From a virus (Duplodnaviria; Caudoviricetes): a stretch of 35,259 nucleotides of DNA. A model generated the notes under the pieces. It was not told the DNA's origin, searched no databases, and saw only the letters and a program-made list of their open reading frames with translations. Made by a program: the position numbers and the translations under genes. The DNA lies in IMG/VR virus record IMGVR_UViG_3300010376_000088, positions 1-35,259 of that record; one strand, written 5' to 3'. This document shows positions 1 through 8,344 of the stretch, piece by piece. The first letter of the stretch is position 1. Every line of letters begins with the position of its first letter.

Positions 1-116
1 AGGTCGGCCAGCATCACGAGCGCGGCGTCGATCTCCTTCACCGACGCCATCAGCGCCACCACGGTCGCCGCCCGCCAGTCGTTCTGCGGCGTCGGCTCGA
101 TCACACGGACACTCAC
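1..116 (-). CDS. Hypothetical protein, partial (runs off the window)
   Basis: GTG at 116 overlaps the upstream stop (GTGA); open frame VSVRVIEPTPQNDWRAATVVALMASVKEIDAAL. Confidence 0.5.
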   Translation of the reverse strand, partial: MSVRVIEPTPQNDWRAATVVALMASVKEIDAALVMLAD

Positions 117-340
117 GACGGCACCTCCGGTGTGTCGGTCAGGGCGAGCGCGATCGCGACCAGCGCGTTCGCGACCGCCAGGTCGGCCGTCCACTTCTGG
201 TCGGCGTTGAAGCGCTTGATCCCGCCGCTCACGGCGAGCTGCAGGTGGTCGTCCTCGCTCAGCGCCGACACCCGCTCCTCCGCGTTCGCGACCGCTTCGA
301 GCAGCCGGTCGGCGCGCTCGGCGTGCGCCCGCGCGATCAC
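113..340 (-). CDS. Hypothetical protein
   Basis: 3' part of ORF 113..436 has normal composition; GTG at 340 overlaps the upstream TGA. Confidence 0.6.
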   Translation of the reverse strand: MIARAHAERADRLLEAVANAEERVSALSEDDHLQLAVSGGIKRFNADQKWTADLAVANALVAIALALTDTPEVPS

Positions 341-498
341 GTCAGCCACCAGACGAGCGAGACGACGCCGGCGACGGCGGCCCAGCTCAGGAGGCCGAGC
401 AGCGCCCACACGGCGAGCGTCCCGACGCTGCTCCACGGCTCACGGCGGGCGCCGCAGAGCCCGCAGATCACCCACTCGTCAGGGACCGGGGTGGGCAC
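337..498 (-). CDS. Small putative membrane protein (start uncertain)
   Basis: Hydrophobic C-terminus LAVWALLGLLSWAAVAGVVSLVWW; stop coupled to the next GTG. Confidence 0.4.
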   Translation of the reverse strand: MPTPVPDEWVICGLCGARREPWSSVGTLAVWALLGLLSWAAVAGVVSLVWWLT

Positions 499-578
499 TT
501 CCGTGCGAACACCTTGCGAACACCTTTGCCCGAAACGGGCGTCTACGGCGGAATCAGCGCGTCCACCCCCGACAAGAG

Positions 579-603
579 AAAGCCCTGCGTGTGCAGGGCT
601 TTT
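579..603 (-). terminator. Intrinsic terminator downstream of int (possibly bidirectional)
   Basis: AAAGCCCTGC-gtgt-GCAGGGCTTTT hairpin right after the int stop at 608. Confidence 0.7.
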
Positions 604-607
604 CGTG

Positions 608-1936
608 TCACTCGTGGCCGGGCGTGTACTCCTGTGTCGGGCCTCCTTCTCCATGGTAAGGAGGGGGTCCGGGGTTCGAGTCCCCGAGAGGGCTTTGGCT
701 CTGTGACTGGCTTTGCGCACCATCGTCCGCCTTCCTGGTCGAGAGCGTTGCGAACACCTTGCGAACACCTTCGCGTTCTACGAGGCTCCTGGCGTCCTTG
801 ATCGTCTGCTCGGCGTCGACCGCTCCGACCCCTCGCAGCTCCTCGACGACGTGCAGGTAGCTGCCCTGCACGGTGTCGATCGTGTCGCCGAGCTGCTCGG
901 CCACGTAGGCGACCGTCTCGCCGTGGTGGAGCAGCAGCGACGCGAAGCAGTGCCGTCCGGCGTACGGCTTCGCGCGGGGCAGGCCGATCGCCTTCTGCGT
1001 CGGGAACCAGACGCGGCCGCGCCAGTTCCGGTAGTCGACCTCCGTCCACGGCTTCCCGTCCGGCCGGGCGAACACGAGGCCTCGCCCGTCGGCTGCGGCG
1101 GCGACGGCGAGGTCGGTCTTCAACGGGGCGAGCAACCTGACGGAGCGGTTGCGCCGGTTCTTGGTCGGGCGCAGCTCACCGAGCGACGCGGCCTGGTCGA
1201 TGACCAGCGTGTTCGCCAGGACGCGCTCCCATTCCAGGCCGAGCGCCTCGCCGGGCCTGAGCCCGGCCAGGTGGATCAGCGAGGCGAGCAGCGCGTCCTG
1301 CTCGGCGGTCGGTGCCGGCACCTTGCGGGCGTAGCCGTTCCCGGCCTGCGTGATCTGCCGGTCGAGCAGTGCGCGGCGCATCAGCTCGAACACGAGCGGG
1401 TGGCTTGCCAGCACGGCCCGCTTGCGCGGCGTCGGCTTCGGCACCTCTTTCAGCGGGTTCGTCTCCACGTAGTCCCAGAGCACGGCCTCGCGGAACATGG
1501 CCTGCACGATCCCGAGCAGCTTCGCGATCGTGGCGTCGCCGAGACCGGCCGCCTCGAGGTCGAGCCGCAGGCGCACCCACACGGCGGGCCTGCTGCTCTT
1601 GCCGAACGTCCACGTACCGACGCGCGGGAGCAGGTGCCGGTCCCACTGGTCGGCGTAGTCGCGCTGCGTCTTCGGGGCGAGGCTGCCCTTGGCGAAGTCG
1701 CGGAACCACTCCTGCGCGAACGCGTCGAGCCGCATCTCGGCGGCGGCGATCGGGCCGACGTGGCCGGTCGCCTTCTTCAGCGTGAAGCTGGCGTCGAACT
1801 CGGCGGCCGCGGCCTCGGCGAGCTCCAGGCTGCCGTAGTCGCGGACCGCGAACGTCTTCTGCCTGTTCGGCCCCTTCTTGCCGCCGGGCCTGTACCGGAC
1901 GATCGGAGTCCCGTCGGGACGATGGTGCACGCTCAT
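608..1936 (-). CDS. int: Tyrosine recombinase (phage integrase)
   Basis: GLRPGEALGL (R), TKNRR (K), YAGRH, LGD...SYLH (Y) motifs; N-terminal arm-binding and core-binding regions; SD AGGAGG. Confidence 0.95.
   Translation of the reverse strand: MSVHHRPDGTPIVRYRPGGKKGPNRQKTFAVRDYGSLELAEAAAAEFDASFTLKKATGHVGPIAAAEMRLDAFAQEWFRDFAKGSLAPKTQRDYADQWDRHLLPRVGTWTFGKSSRPAVWVRLRLDLEAAGLGDATIAKLLGIVQAMFREAVLWDYVETNPLKEVPKPTPRKRAVLASHPLVFELMRRALLDRQITQAGNGYARKVPAPTAEQDALLASLIHLAGLRPGEALGLEWERVLANTLVIDQAASLGELRPTKNRRNRSVRLLAPLKTDLAVAAAADGRGLVFARPDGKPWTEVDYRNWRGRVWFPTQKAIGLPRAKPYAGRHCFASLLLHHGETVAYVAEQLGDTIDTVQGSYLHVVEELRGVGAVDAEQTIKDARSLVEREGVRKVFATLSTRKADDGAQSQSQSQSPLGDSNPGPPPYHGEGGPTQEYTPGHE
648..694 (+). 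other. attP core = 3' half of tRNA-Thr(GGT), not a complete tRNA
   Basis: Anticodon arm TCTCC-ATGGTAA-GGAGG (GGT at 655-657), variable loop GGGTC, T arm CGGGG-TTCGAGT-CCCCG, acceptor 3' strand AGAGGGC+T; no D arm or 5' acceptor strand upstream. Confidence 0.9.
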
Positions 1937-1948
1937 GGTCGTAGCCTC

Positions 1949-2236
1949 CTAGTCGCTTCCCTGGTCACCTAGGAGGATACGCAGTCCACGCGGGTCTTTC
2001 AACGACTCCCGCCGCCCGGCGGCGCCGGCCCCAATCGGTTCGTCGGGCGGCGGAACTTGCGACTCGTCGAGCCAGAGCTTGAAGTCGGCGACACGGACGC
2101 GGACGCGGCCGCGCAGCCGGATCGCGTGCAGCTCGCCGGCGCGCACCGCGCGGTACACGGCGGCGTTCGACAGGCGGGCGAGCATGGCGACCTCGGCGAC
2201 GGTGAGCAGGAACTCAGGGTTCGTCAGGTCGATCAC
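1949..2236 (-). CDS. xis: Excisionase-like MerR/HTH_17 DNA-binding protein
   Basis: LLTVAEVAMLARLSNAAVYRAVRAGELHAIRLRGRVRV; immediately upstream of int; GTG at 2236 after GGGGGTG (ATG 2284 is an alternative). Confidence 0.85.
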   Translation of the reverse strand: MIDLTNPEFLLTVAEVAMLARLSNAAVYRAVRAGELHAIRLRGRVRVRVADFKLWLDESQVPPPDEPIGAGAAGRRESLKDPRGLRILLGDQGSD

Positions 2237-2330
2237 ATCGTCACCCCCCGGAGACGTCGTGTTCGTGCTTGGCAACTCACCCATTCAGTCCCTTCCGGTC
2301 GAACGGTTCTAGGGGAGTCGCCGAGGCGAG

Positions 2331-2359
2331 AACGTAGGCGATCGTTTCCCAGCTCGCAA
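2331..2359 (-). promoter_or_regulatory. SigA-like promoter for xis-int
   Basis: TTGCGA-N17-TACGTT on the minus strand, upstream of xis. Confidence 0.6.
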
Positions 2360-2398
2360 CACGATCGTCCGCAAACAGCGACTTTTCCGTCGAGGTCC

Positions 2399-2431
2399 GT
2401 CCACTCGTGTCCACTCGGGACCGTTTATGCT
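2399..2431 (+). promoter_or_regulatory. Tandem GTCCACTCG direct repeat over the -35 region of a putative TATGCT -10
   Basis: GTCCACTCG at 2399 and 2409 (10-bp period); TATGCT at 2426-2431 upstream of the + strand HTH gene. Confidence 0.4.
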
Positions 2432-2485
2432 GCCCCGCTCACGGGGAGCCGTCTCACTGGACGGGGGTCACCCGCAGACCATTAC

Positions 2486-2980
2486 GTGTCGGAAACACGC
2501 CATCAGCCACCAGAGTGGCTGACGCGGGCTGAGGCGGCTGCGGTAGCTCGGGTCAGCCAGAAGACGATCGACAGAGCGATCGCCAGCGGAAGCCTGCGCG
2601 CGACCAAGGTCAACGGCCGCCGCGTCCGCATCCACCGCAGCTGGCTCACCGCCTGGCTGCTCGGCGCCGCCCTCCTCATCTGCTCGCTCTACCACTCCGA
2701 GCGCGTCGACCGCTGGTGCCAGACGGTCAAGCAGGGCCGCTACGGCGCGCGGCTCGCGAAGCTGGCCGCGCTCGTCTTCTCGACGCTTCTGCTTCTGTTC
2801 ATGCTCGGCAACGTCGCGAGCTGGGACCCGGCCGAGCACGTCATGCGGAACCTCGGCATCAGCTGGGGCCCGGGCGTCGACACCGACCACGACGGCGTGA
2901 TCGGCAACGACCACGACGGCGACCACGACCCGACCAGCGACGTCGGCCAGGCGACCGACCGCGATCCGCGGCACCCATAG
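2486..2980 (+). CDS. Xis-like HTH domain fused to hydrophobic helices and an Asp/His-rich tail
   Basis: WLTRAEAAAVARVSQKTIDRAIASGSLRATKVNGRRVRI; hydrophobic segments WLTAWLLGAALLICSLY and LAALVFSTLLLLFMLGNV; DTDHDGVIGNDHDGDHD; start GTG 2486 inferred. Confidence 0.75.
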   Translation: MSETRHQPPEWLTRAEAAAVARVSQKTIDRAIASGSLRATKVNGRRVRIHRSWLTAWLLGAALLICSLYHSERVDRWCQTVKQGRYGARLAKLAALVFSTLLLLFMLGNVASWDPAEHVMRNLGISWGPGVDTDHDGVIGNDHDGDHDPTSDVGQATDRDPRHP

Positions 2981-3027
2981 GTGCTCAGGCTGACGCGGCG
3001 GCGCAGCATGAGCAGGTATGCGCTATG
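2976..3027. repeat. 52-bp cassette, copy 1 (CATAggTGCTCA-N21-TGAGCAggTATG-cgctatg)
   Basis: Near-identical to 24629-24680 and 30568-30619. Confidence 0.9.
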
Positions 3028-3032
3028 GCGGG

Positions 3033-3194
3033 CTAGGCGTCGTCTCGCGGCTCGCGCTCGACGAACACGCCCACCCGCAGCCGCCGCCAGACGGGCCGCG
3101 GGTCGCCCCTGATCAGGGCGAGCACGAACGCGAGCAGCGCGGCGAGGTAGAACAGGCCGACGACGGCCAGGACGATCGCCTCAGTCTGGCTCAC
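3033..3194 (-). CDS. Putative holin (one transmembrane helix)
   Basis: AIVLAVVGLFYLAALLAFVLALI followed by a basic tail; GTGA-coupled to the endolysin. Confidence 0.65.
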   Translation of the reverse strand: MSQTEAIVLAVVGLFYLAALLAFVLALIRGDPRPVWRRLRVGVFVEREPRDDA

Positions 3195-4000
3195 GTCCTC
3201 GCGACGACGTACTCGTTGTCGTCCCACCAGCGGTCCGGGATCGTGTCCGGCACGTCCGGCCGGTGAGCTGGGTCGGCGCCGGCGGCGCGCCAGTCGATCC
3301 ACTGCCGCTCGTCGCCGGTCATGCCCTTGCGGAACGCGATCGCGTCGACCTCCGCGCCGCCGTCCCAGGCCCACTCCGGGATCTTCTCCGGCGCGGCGTC
3401 GGGCCGCTTCTTCGGGTCGCGGTCGGTCGTGTAGTACCAGCGCGCCCAGTCCCAGAACCAGTCGGGGTAGCCCACCTCGTCTTCGCCTCCTCCTCGTGCC
3501 ATCTCGAGTACGTGGTCGATCGGGAACCCGCTGCCGCAATCCCAATGCCCGCCGCCCCACGAGCCGAGGTCGGCGTGCTGGCAGACGCCTCGCCCGGAGC
3601 CCTGCGCCTGCGCCTCGTTCAGCTTCGTCAGCGGCAGCCCGAAGTAGGCGGCCTCCTCGGCCAGCCAGCGGGCGCAATTCTCCAGCATGTGCGGGTGCCG
3701 CATCCACTCGTCGCGGCTCCACTTCGCGAACCCGCACAGCTCGGCCTGCACGGCGACCGGGTTGGCGTTCGCCGCCGTCCACGCCTTGTTCGGGCGCTTC
3801 ACGTACTCGCCGATCGTGCCCGCCTTGTCGTCGATCCCGACGTGCGACGAGACGCCGCTCGACGAGCTGGCGAAGAAGTTGCCGAGCTCCTCGATCGTGC
3901 GCGCGCCCTCGGCCGTGTGCACGACGATCAGGCGCACCTTCGCGCCGCCGCGCGACGAGTAGTTCGGCGACGCGATCCACTTCCGCTTCAGCTGTCCCAC
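3191..4000 (-). CDS. Endolysin, N-acetylmuramoyl-L-alanine amidase (Amidase_2 type)
   Basis: SPNYSSR...LIVVHTAEG...VSSH...AWTA...QAELCG...QHADL...HWDCG; SD GGAGGGAGG before GTG 4000. Confidence 0.9.
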   Translation of the reverse strand: MGQLKRKWIASPNYSSRGGAKVRLIVVHTAEGARTIEELGNFFASSSSGVSSHVGIDDKAGTIGEYVKRPNKAWTAANANPVAVQAELCGFAKWSRDEWMRHPHMLENCARWLAEEAAYFGLPLTKLNEAQAQGSGRGVCQHADLGSWGGGHWDCGSGFPIDHVLEMARGGGEDEVGYPDWFWDWARWYYTTDRDPKKRPDAAPEKIPEWAWDGGAEVDAIAFRKGMTGDERQWIDWRAAGADPAHRPDVPDTIPDRWWDDNEYVVART

Positions 4001-4155
4001 GTCTCGTCCTCCCTCCAGCCCGGCCAGCCGTCGGCCAGCGTCTCCATCCGCGCCCACGGCTCCGCGTTCTCGAACGGCGGGTCCGGCAGCGGCGGCGGCG
4101 ACGTTCGCTCGTACTCGGCCTCCGTGCGGCCGTCCTCCGATTCCTGCGGAATCAC
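3988..4155 (-). CDS. Small hypothetical protein
   Basis: GTGA-coupled start at 4155; fills the gap before the endolysin. Confidence 0.5.
   Translation of the reverse strand: MIPQESEDGRTEAEYERTSPPPLPDPPFENAEPWARMETLADGWPGWREDETWDS
4139..4153. promoter_or_regulatory. Palindrome GATTCC-N3-GGAATC, copy 1 (parS/operator-like)
   Basis: Also at 17273, 25573 and 32500. Confidence 0.7.
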
Positions 4156-4382
4156 GCCGCCGCCGCCTCGGCCTTCGGCTTCCGCGCGCGGCGCTGCTTG
4201 CGGTTGCCGTTCTGCTCGGCGTTCTTCTGCGCGACCTCGACCTCGGCCTGCTCCATGAACGCCTGCATCTGCTCGAGCGAGTAGCACGGCGTCGGCGTCC
4301 CCTCGATCTCGTTCACGACCTTGTCGCCCTCGCGCACCGCGACGACCGACACGCACACCACCTTGACCAGCTCCAGCTCCAT
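4152..4382 (-). CDS. Small hypothetical protein after the tail fibre
   Basis: 76 aa, SD GGAAGGAG. Confidence 0.75.
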   Translation of the reverse strand: MELELVKVVCVSVVAVREGDKVVNEIEGTPTPCYSLEQMQAFMEQAEVEVAQKNAEQNGNRKQRRARKPKAEAAAA

Positions 4383-4395
4383 TCGCGTCTCCTTC

Positions 4396-6408
4396 CTAGT
4401 TCGGGTTCTGGTTCGACCCGGCGAGCTGACACCACTTCGCCTTCGTCGCGTCCCACACGAACCACATCGTGATCGTGTTCCCCGCCGACACCGACAGCCC
4501 CGTGACGCCCCAGAAGATCGCGTTCGGCGCGAGCGTGATCGTGCCCGTCCCCTTGTTCGCGATGATCAGCGTGAGCCAGGTGCTCGTGTTCGCCGGCGGC
4601 GTCGTCGTCCCGTTCGGCGAGCTGATCGTGATCGTGCCGCCCGCACCCGAGGTCGCGTCGTAGTGGAACACGTTGCCCTTCGTCCAGTCGATCGTCCAGG
4701 TCGCCGTCGACGCGCCGGCCACGGTGACGAACCCGGTCATCAGGTTCCCGGTCAGCGAGAGCGACCCGGCCGCGACCCGGGTCAGCGTCGTGTCCCTCGT
4801 CGCGGCGCCCGTCCCCCACAGCAGCGAGCCGTCGCCCAGGATCGAGAAGCGCGCGATCGTGTCCGCGCTGTTGGCGACGCTGCTGGTCAGGATCGAGTTG
4901 CCCGCCGCGCCCGGGTAGAGCGCGAGCAGTCCGCTCGCGGCGAGCGTCGCCGCGGACGTCGACCACGGCCCGGGGCCGGGCGACGTGCCGACCGCGAGCG
5001 CCGACGCGAAGATCTGCGTCGACCCGCTCGCCTTGTCGGCGGCGTTCGTTACCTGCGCGGCCGTGTAGTCGCCCGCCGCTGCGGTGATCGCACCTGCGCG
5101 GCCGAACACGGTGCCGATCGGCGTCCACAGACCCGAGCTCTCCCAGGTCAAGAACATGCCCTGCCCGGGCGCGAGCGTGAACGCCGTGCGGATGCGGGTG
5201 CTGCCCGTCCCGGTCGTCCCGGCCGTGATCGTCGTGCTCGAGACGTTGAACAGGTACAGGAGCTGCGACGGGGCCTGCGCGCCGGTGATGTTGAGCAGCG
5301 TCGAGCCGTCGTTCGTCGTGACCCGGATCGCCTCCACGCCGCCGGCGGGCAGAGCGAGCGTCCCCGACGCGATCGTTCCGGCGCCCCCGAGGGCGCCCGC
5401 GAACACCGTGCCGATCAGCGGCCCCGAGAACGTCTGCGCCGCGGACGCCGACAGGTCGGCGGCGTTCGTGACCATCGCGGCCGTGTAGTCGCCTGCGGTG
5501 GCGACGACTGCGCCGCTGCGCGCAGCACCGGCTGCGCCCTGCCAGCTGGTGACGCCGGTCGTGACCGTCGACCAGGTTCCGTCGCCGCGCAGGAAGACGC
5601 TGTTCGAGGCCGGGTAGCCGGCGAGCTTCGAGATCGCGATCGCGGCGCCCGCGGCGATGTCCGTGTTCGTGACCGACCCGGCCAGGTTCAGCTTCGAGTA
5701 GGCGATCGCCGCGCCTGAGGCGATGTCGCTGTTCGTGACCGAGCCCGTGAGCGCGAGCTTCGTGTACGCGATCGCGGCGGTCGCGCTGACGTCCTCGTTC
5801 AGGATCGCGCGTTCGCGGACCGTCTCGCGCCACTGCGTCCCGTCCCAGACGAACGTCATCGACTCGCGCGGCCCGAGCACGACGTTCGTCGCGTTGCGGG
5901 TGAGCAGCTGCGCACCCGTCCCGCCCGCCACCTGATTGAGCACGGTCACGTTGCCGGAGGCCGTCGCGTTCTCGACGACGAGCACCTGGCCGATCCCGGC
6001 CGGTGGGCCGCCGATCGAGCGCAGCGAGCCGCCCGACGTCGTGATCGAGAGGAACGCCGTCGCGCCCGGGTTGGCCGCCGGCCAGGCCAGGTCGGTGTTC
6101 GCGCCCGAGACGGTCTGCCCCGCCGCGAGCGTGGTCACGTTCGTCCAGTTGCCCGAGCCGTTGAGGTACTTCGTCGCGTCGGCCGGGTAGCCGCTGAGGC
6201 TGGTGATCCCGAGCTTGGTCACGGTCGAGCGCGCCCAGGCGCTGCCGTTCCAGACCTGCGTCTCGCCCGGCTGTATCCCGGTCACCGGCGCGGTGCCGGG
6301 CCCGAGCGCGGTCTCGACGTCGTTCGCGAGGTTCGCTATGTCGCGCGGCACGTCGGCCGAGTCGGTCGAGGCCGGGTAGCGCAGTCCGAACTTCGGGGTC
6401 GCTGGCAT
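4396..6408 (-). CDS. Tail fibre / receptor-binding protein
   Basis: N-terminus MPATPKFGLRYPASTDSADVPRDIANLA typical of actinophage fibres; G/A/T/S-rich with internal repeats (AGDYTAAxVTNAAD x2, AIAYxKL x3); follows the baseplate genes. Confidence 0.85.
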   Translation of the reverse strand: MPATPKFGLRYPASTDSADVPRDIANLANDVETALGPGTAPVTGIQPGETQVWNGSAWARSTVTKLGITSLSGYPADATKYLNGSGNWTNVTTLAAGQTVSGANTDLAWPAANPGATAFLSITTSGGSLRSIGGPPAGIGQVLVVENATASGNVTVLNQVAGGTGAQLLTRNATNVVLGPRESMTFVWDGTQWRETVRERAILNEDVSATAAIAYTKLALTGSVTNSDIASGAAIAYSKLNLAGSVTNTDIAAGAAIAISKLAGYPASNSVFLRGDGTWSTVTTGVTSWQGAAGAARSGAVVATAGDYTAAMVTNAADLSASAAQTFSGPLIGTVFAGALGGAGTIASGTLALPAGGVEAIRVTTNDGSTLLNITGAQAPSQLLYLFNVSSTTITAGTTGTGSTRIRTAFTLAPGQGMFLTWESSGLWTPIGTVFGRAGAITAAAGDYTAAQVTNAADKASGSTQIFASALAVGTSPGPGPWSTSAATLAASGLLALYPGAAGNSILTSSVANSADTIARFSILGDGSLLWGTGAATRDTTLTRVAAGSLSLTGNLMTGFVTVAGASTATWTIDWTKGNVFHYDATSGAGGTITISSPNGTTTPPANTSTWLTLIIANKGTGTITLAPNAIFWGVTGLSVSAGNTITMWFVWDATKAKWCQLAGSNQNPN

Positions 6409-6418
6409 CGTCGCCTCC

Positions 6419-7174
6419 CTAGCCCGCCTTCAGGGCGTTGTAGTCGGTGTACGCCGCCTTCACCGCGGCGTACGTCGCGTAGTTCGCATGCAGCGTTCCG
6501 TACGTCTGGCCGCTCACCGTCGCGTACACGAGCACGATCCCGGCGGGCTTCTGCGCGATCAGCGCCGCCTGCGTCGCGGCCGGGTTCGGCGTCTCGCTCG
6601 CGTAGGTGAACACGCTCAGGTAGTACGCGTAGTCGGGCGAGCTCGTGCCGCCTCCCTCCCGCTCGCCGAGCAGGACGGTCTTCGTGCCGGTCAGGGTGGC
6701 CTGGGCGGCGGCGACGATCGCGGCCGGTGTGCCGCGCCGGAACCCGTCCGTCGAGGCGACCCAGGCTCGCGCGTCGGCGTCGTCGAGGCCGTCCGGGATG
6801 CGCACGCCGGCGAACTGCGCCAGCCAGGCCAGCGAGTCGCTCGGGCAGCGGTTCAGGTCCATGATCTGCGACCAGCCCGGCCCGTCCGGCGTGTCCCTGA
6901 CCCAGCCGTCGACCTCCTGGAACATGACGCCGATCGCGTTGCACAGGATCAGCAGCGACCAGCCGGCGTCCGGGTCGAGCTGCGCGAGCGGCTGCAGCAT
7001 CGAGTAGAGCAGCGCCGCGAACGACTCGGGCAGCAGGTCGGTCGGCGGCGCGGCGTCGCGCGCCCGCCGCCCGGGCGTGTCGGCCAGCGCGCGCAGCGGC
7101 GGGTACGGCGGCGTCCCCGAGAGCTGCCGCTTGGACAGGTTCGGGTACTGGGTGGGCGGCTGCGGCGTGCTCAT
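6419..7174 (-). CDS. Baseplate wedge / P2 gpI-like tail protein
   Basis: DLNRCPSDSLAWLAQFAGV, RRGTPAAI and KPAGI motifs; follows baseplate J. Confidence 0.8.
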   Translation of the reverse strand: MSTPQPPTQYPNLSKRQLSGTPPYPPLRALADTPGRRARDAAPPTDLLPESFAALLYSMLQPLAQLDPDAGWSLLILCNAIGVMFQEVDGWVRDTPDGPGWSQIMDLNRCPSDSLAWLAQFAGVRIPDGLDDADARAWVASTDGFRRGTPAAIVAAAQATLTGTKTVLLGEREGGGTSSPDYAYYLSVFTYASETPNPAATQAALIAQKPAGIVLVYATVSGQTYGTLHANYATYAAVKAAYTDYNALKAG

Positions 7175-8343
7175 GGGTGGCTGATCGTCCCCGCCTCGGT
7201 CAGCGGCGCGACTCCCGGCAGCGTGACGTCGGCCTGGCCGAGCGTCGAGCCGTGCACGCCGAACGCGAGCGAGTTGATGTACCCGACGCCGTCGGCCCGG
7301 TTCACCTGCTCGGCGACCTCGAGGTACCGCACCTTCGTCGTGTTCAGCCAGGACGAGACGCCGCCCGGGTCACCGAACATCGGGATCCCCCACTGGCTCG
7401 GGTCGAGCCAGTTCTGCAGCTGCGCGATCACGTTCGCCTGCACGTCCGCCAGCGCGAAGCCCGGGTACGGCGTCACGTCGAAGGTGACGTCGATCGCCGT
7501 GTAGGTCGGGTCGACGACGAAGACGAGGAAGTTCACCTCGCGCGCCGACTGCAGCAGCGAGAGCGCGGCCGCCTTCACGTCGCTCGAGCAGGCCGTGCCG
7601 TCCGCCTGGCAGACCGCGACCGTGCAGCAGCGCGGGCAGTTCGCGTTCACCGGCGGCCCCGGGTTGTACAGGTCGATCGCGCAGGCCCGGCCGACGCCCT
7701 CGATCTCGTCCTGGGCGAGGATCGCGAAGTCCTGCGGCAGGATCGGCCGCGGCGTGAGCAGCGTCAGCAGCGCCGAGAGCCGGTTCAGGTAGTCCTGGTC
7801 GAGCTCCTCGTCGACGCCGCCGAACGTCGGCTGGTCGAGCGTGACCGACTCCACGAACACGAGCTGGTCGATCACCGCCACGTCGCCGGTGATCCCGCTG
7901 GCCGCGCTGCCCGCGATCACCGCCAGGCTCTCGACCGCCGAGACGACGGTCGTCCCGTTCGGCACCACCACGTCGTCGACGACCTGGAACGCGTACGAGA
8001 CGTCGGAGGCGGACGGCGTGACCGCGATCACCGTGCCGGCCGGGATCGTGTACCCGGCGGCGTCGACCATGACCCAGCTGGTCAGCGCCGTCGCCTGCAC
8101 GGCCGCGTACGGCGGCAGCGCCAGGATCGTCGAGCCGAAGTACTCGAAGATCGTGTCCGGCACGACCGCCGCCAGGGTGCGCAGCTCGCCCGCCGTCTGC
8201 GCCAGCGCCTCGATCAGCCAGGCCTCGAGGTTGCCGGGCGACGGCAGCCAGCCCGGCACCTGGTCGCCGAGGTAGTCGAACGCGTCCTGCGCGATGTCGA
8301 CCGGCTCGACGTCGACCGGGATCGGGATGTACGAGGTCGTCAT
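7171..8343 (-). CDS. Baseplate J-like protein
   Basis: TIPAGTVI, GGVDEELDQDYLNRL, DFAILA...GVGRA motifs; start ATG 8343. Confidence 0.9.
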   Translation of the reverse strand: MTTSYIPIPVDVEPVDIAQDAFDYLGDQVPGWLPSPGNLEAWLIEALAQTAGELRTLAAVVPDTIFEYFGSTILALPPYAAVQATALTSWVMVDAAGYTIPAGTVIAVTPSASDVSYAFQVVDDVVVPNGTTVVSAVESLAVIAGSAASGITGDVAVIDQLVFVESVTLDQPTFGGVDEELDQDYLNRLSALLTLLTPRPILPQDFAILAQDEIEGVGRACAIDLYNPGPPVNANCPRCCTVAVCQADGTACSSDVKAAALSLLQSAREVNFLVFVVDPTYTAIDVTFDVTPYPGFALADVQANVIAQLQNWLDPSQWGIPMFGDPGGVSSWLNTTKVRYLEVAEQVNRADGVGYINSLAFGVHGSTLGQADVTLPGVAPLTEAGTISHP

Positions 8344-8344
8344 C

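Larger units (their letters stand above)
504..771. other. attP: attP site: core plus flanking arm-type repeats
   Basis: Identical 23-mer TGCGAACACCTTGCGAACACCTT (two 11-bp units) at 504-526 and 749-771, flanking a tRNA 3'-half core, at the integrase 3' end. Confidence 0.9.

Noticed and set aside
620-700. Complete tRNA-Thr gene
   Set aside because: Only the anticodon arm to discriminator is present; no D arm or GCCCTCT 5' strand, so it is an att core
4396-6408. Diversity-generating retroelement or invertible fibre cassette
   Set aside because: No reverse transcriptase, invertase or TR/VR pair; the repeats are internal coding repeats
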